In this document: one piece after another, positions 23,528-24,000 of the stretch
How positions within the stretch are numbered: position 1 is the stretch's first letter
Layout of the letters: each line of letters starts with the position of its first letter
DNA from: Synechococcus sp. KORDI-49
GTDB lineage: Bacteria > Cyanobacteriota > Cyanobacteriia > PCC-6307 > Cyanobiaceae
Direction of reading: 5' to 3'
Length of the DNA stretch: 24,000 nucleotides
Assembly (NCBI RefSeq): GCF_000737575.1
Contig: NZ_CP006270.1
Location: 41,163-65,162, forward strand
Notes under the pieces: generated by a model
What the model was told of the DNA's origin: nothing
What the model saw: the letters and a program-made list of their open reading frames with translations, nothing else
Database searches by the model: none
Position numbers and translations under genes: made by a program

Positions 23528-24000
23528 GTGCTGAATCGCTTCAACACCAACAATCTCCGTGGAGATGCTTTCGGAGGTCTCACGGCGGCTGTGATCGCAC
23601 TGCCGATGGCCCTGGCCTTCGGTATCGCGGTCGGCAATGCGTCCGGGGTTCCGGAGGTGGGTGCTGCCGCCGGTCTGTGGGGCGCCGTGATCATCGGCCT
23701 GGTGGCGTCCCTGTTCGGAGGGACCCCCACGCTGATCTCGGAACCCACGGGTCCGATGACGGTGGTGTTCACCTCGGTGGTGATCAGCTTCGCCAGTACA
23801 GCGGAGAGTCCTGAGAAGGCCCTGGCGATGGCCTTCACGGTCGGTGTGCTGGCCGGCGTCTTTCAGATTCTGTTCGGCCTGTTCCGGCTGGGCAGATACA
23901 TCACGATGATGCCCTACACAGTGATCTCGGGCTTCATGTCCGGTATCGGCATCATTCTGGTGCTGCTGCAACTGGCGCCTTTCCTCGGCCAGGATCCGAA
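23528..24000 (+). CDS. SulP-family anion transporter, BicA-like (5' partial; continues beyond the window)
   Basis: Not in the ORF track because there is no stop within the window. From GTG 23528: 'VLNRFNTNNLRGDAFGGLTAAVIALPMALAFGIAVGNASGVPEVGAAAGLWGAVIIGLVASLFGGTPTLISEPTGPMTVVFTSVVISF...YITMMPYTVISGFMSGIGIILVLLQLAPFLGQDP'. This closely follows the SulP/BicA N-terminal membrane domain as I remember it. The in-frame upstream stop is at 23495-23497. Confidence 0.85.
   Translation, partial: MLNRFNTNNLRGDAFGGLTAAVIALPMALAFGIAVGNASGVPEVGAAAGLWGAVIIGLVASLFGGTPTLISEPTGPMTVVFTSVVISFASTAESPEKALAMAFTVGVLAGVFQILFGLFRLGRYITMMPYTVISGFMSGIGIILVLLQLAPFLGQDP

Overview
Dense, high-GC chromosomal segment. The gene set looks like a marine or brackish picocyanobacterium (Synechococcus/Cyanobium-like); this is an inference and is not verified. 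I count about 31 protein-coding genes and see no rRNA, tRNA, CRISPR array or recognisable IS/transposase. Left to right: two unassigned small genes plus ridA (-); an orphan ABC ATPase (+) converging on and overlapping gloB (-); hisG, ABC exporter and GNAT with overlapping stop/start codons (+); lipoprotein-type HtrA protease, DUF2064 and GT2 (-); dnaA (+) abutting a ParB-like nuclease-domain gene (-) through a 16-bp palindrome that contains both stop codons; a CPYC GST-like gene and a small ORF (-); glutathione reductase (+). Next comes a tightly coupled ExbB-like / ExbD-like / ExbD-like / TonB-like module followed by a secreted HExxH protein (+). Then a six-gene minus-strand block, DUF2231-DUF2231-ctaC-ctaD-ctaE-GMC oxidoreductase, in which oxidase subunit II has lost the Cys/Cys/His/Met CuA ligands (ARTO/quinol-oxidase type). 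The window ends with a CaCA antiporter (-) and the 5' part of a BicA-like SulP transporter (+). Most other long ORFs in the six-frame track are high-GC shadow ORFs. Two items deserve follow-up first. (1) The ExbB/ExbD/ExbD/TonB-like module: both ExbD paralogues lack the canonical transmembrane Asp, and the TonB-like protein has an SxxxH anchor and a Pro-rich spacer but a C-terminus that does not look like TonB. (2) The CuA-less oxidase operon bracketed by a pair of histidine-rich DUF2231 membrane proteins and a GMC flavoenzyme.
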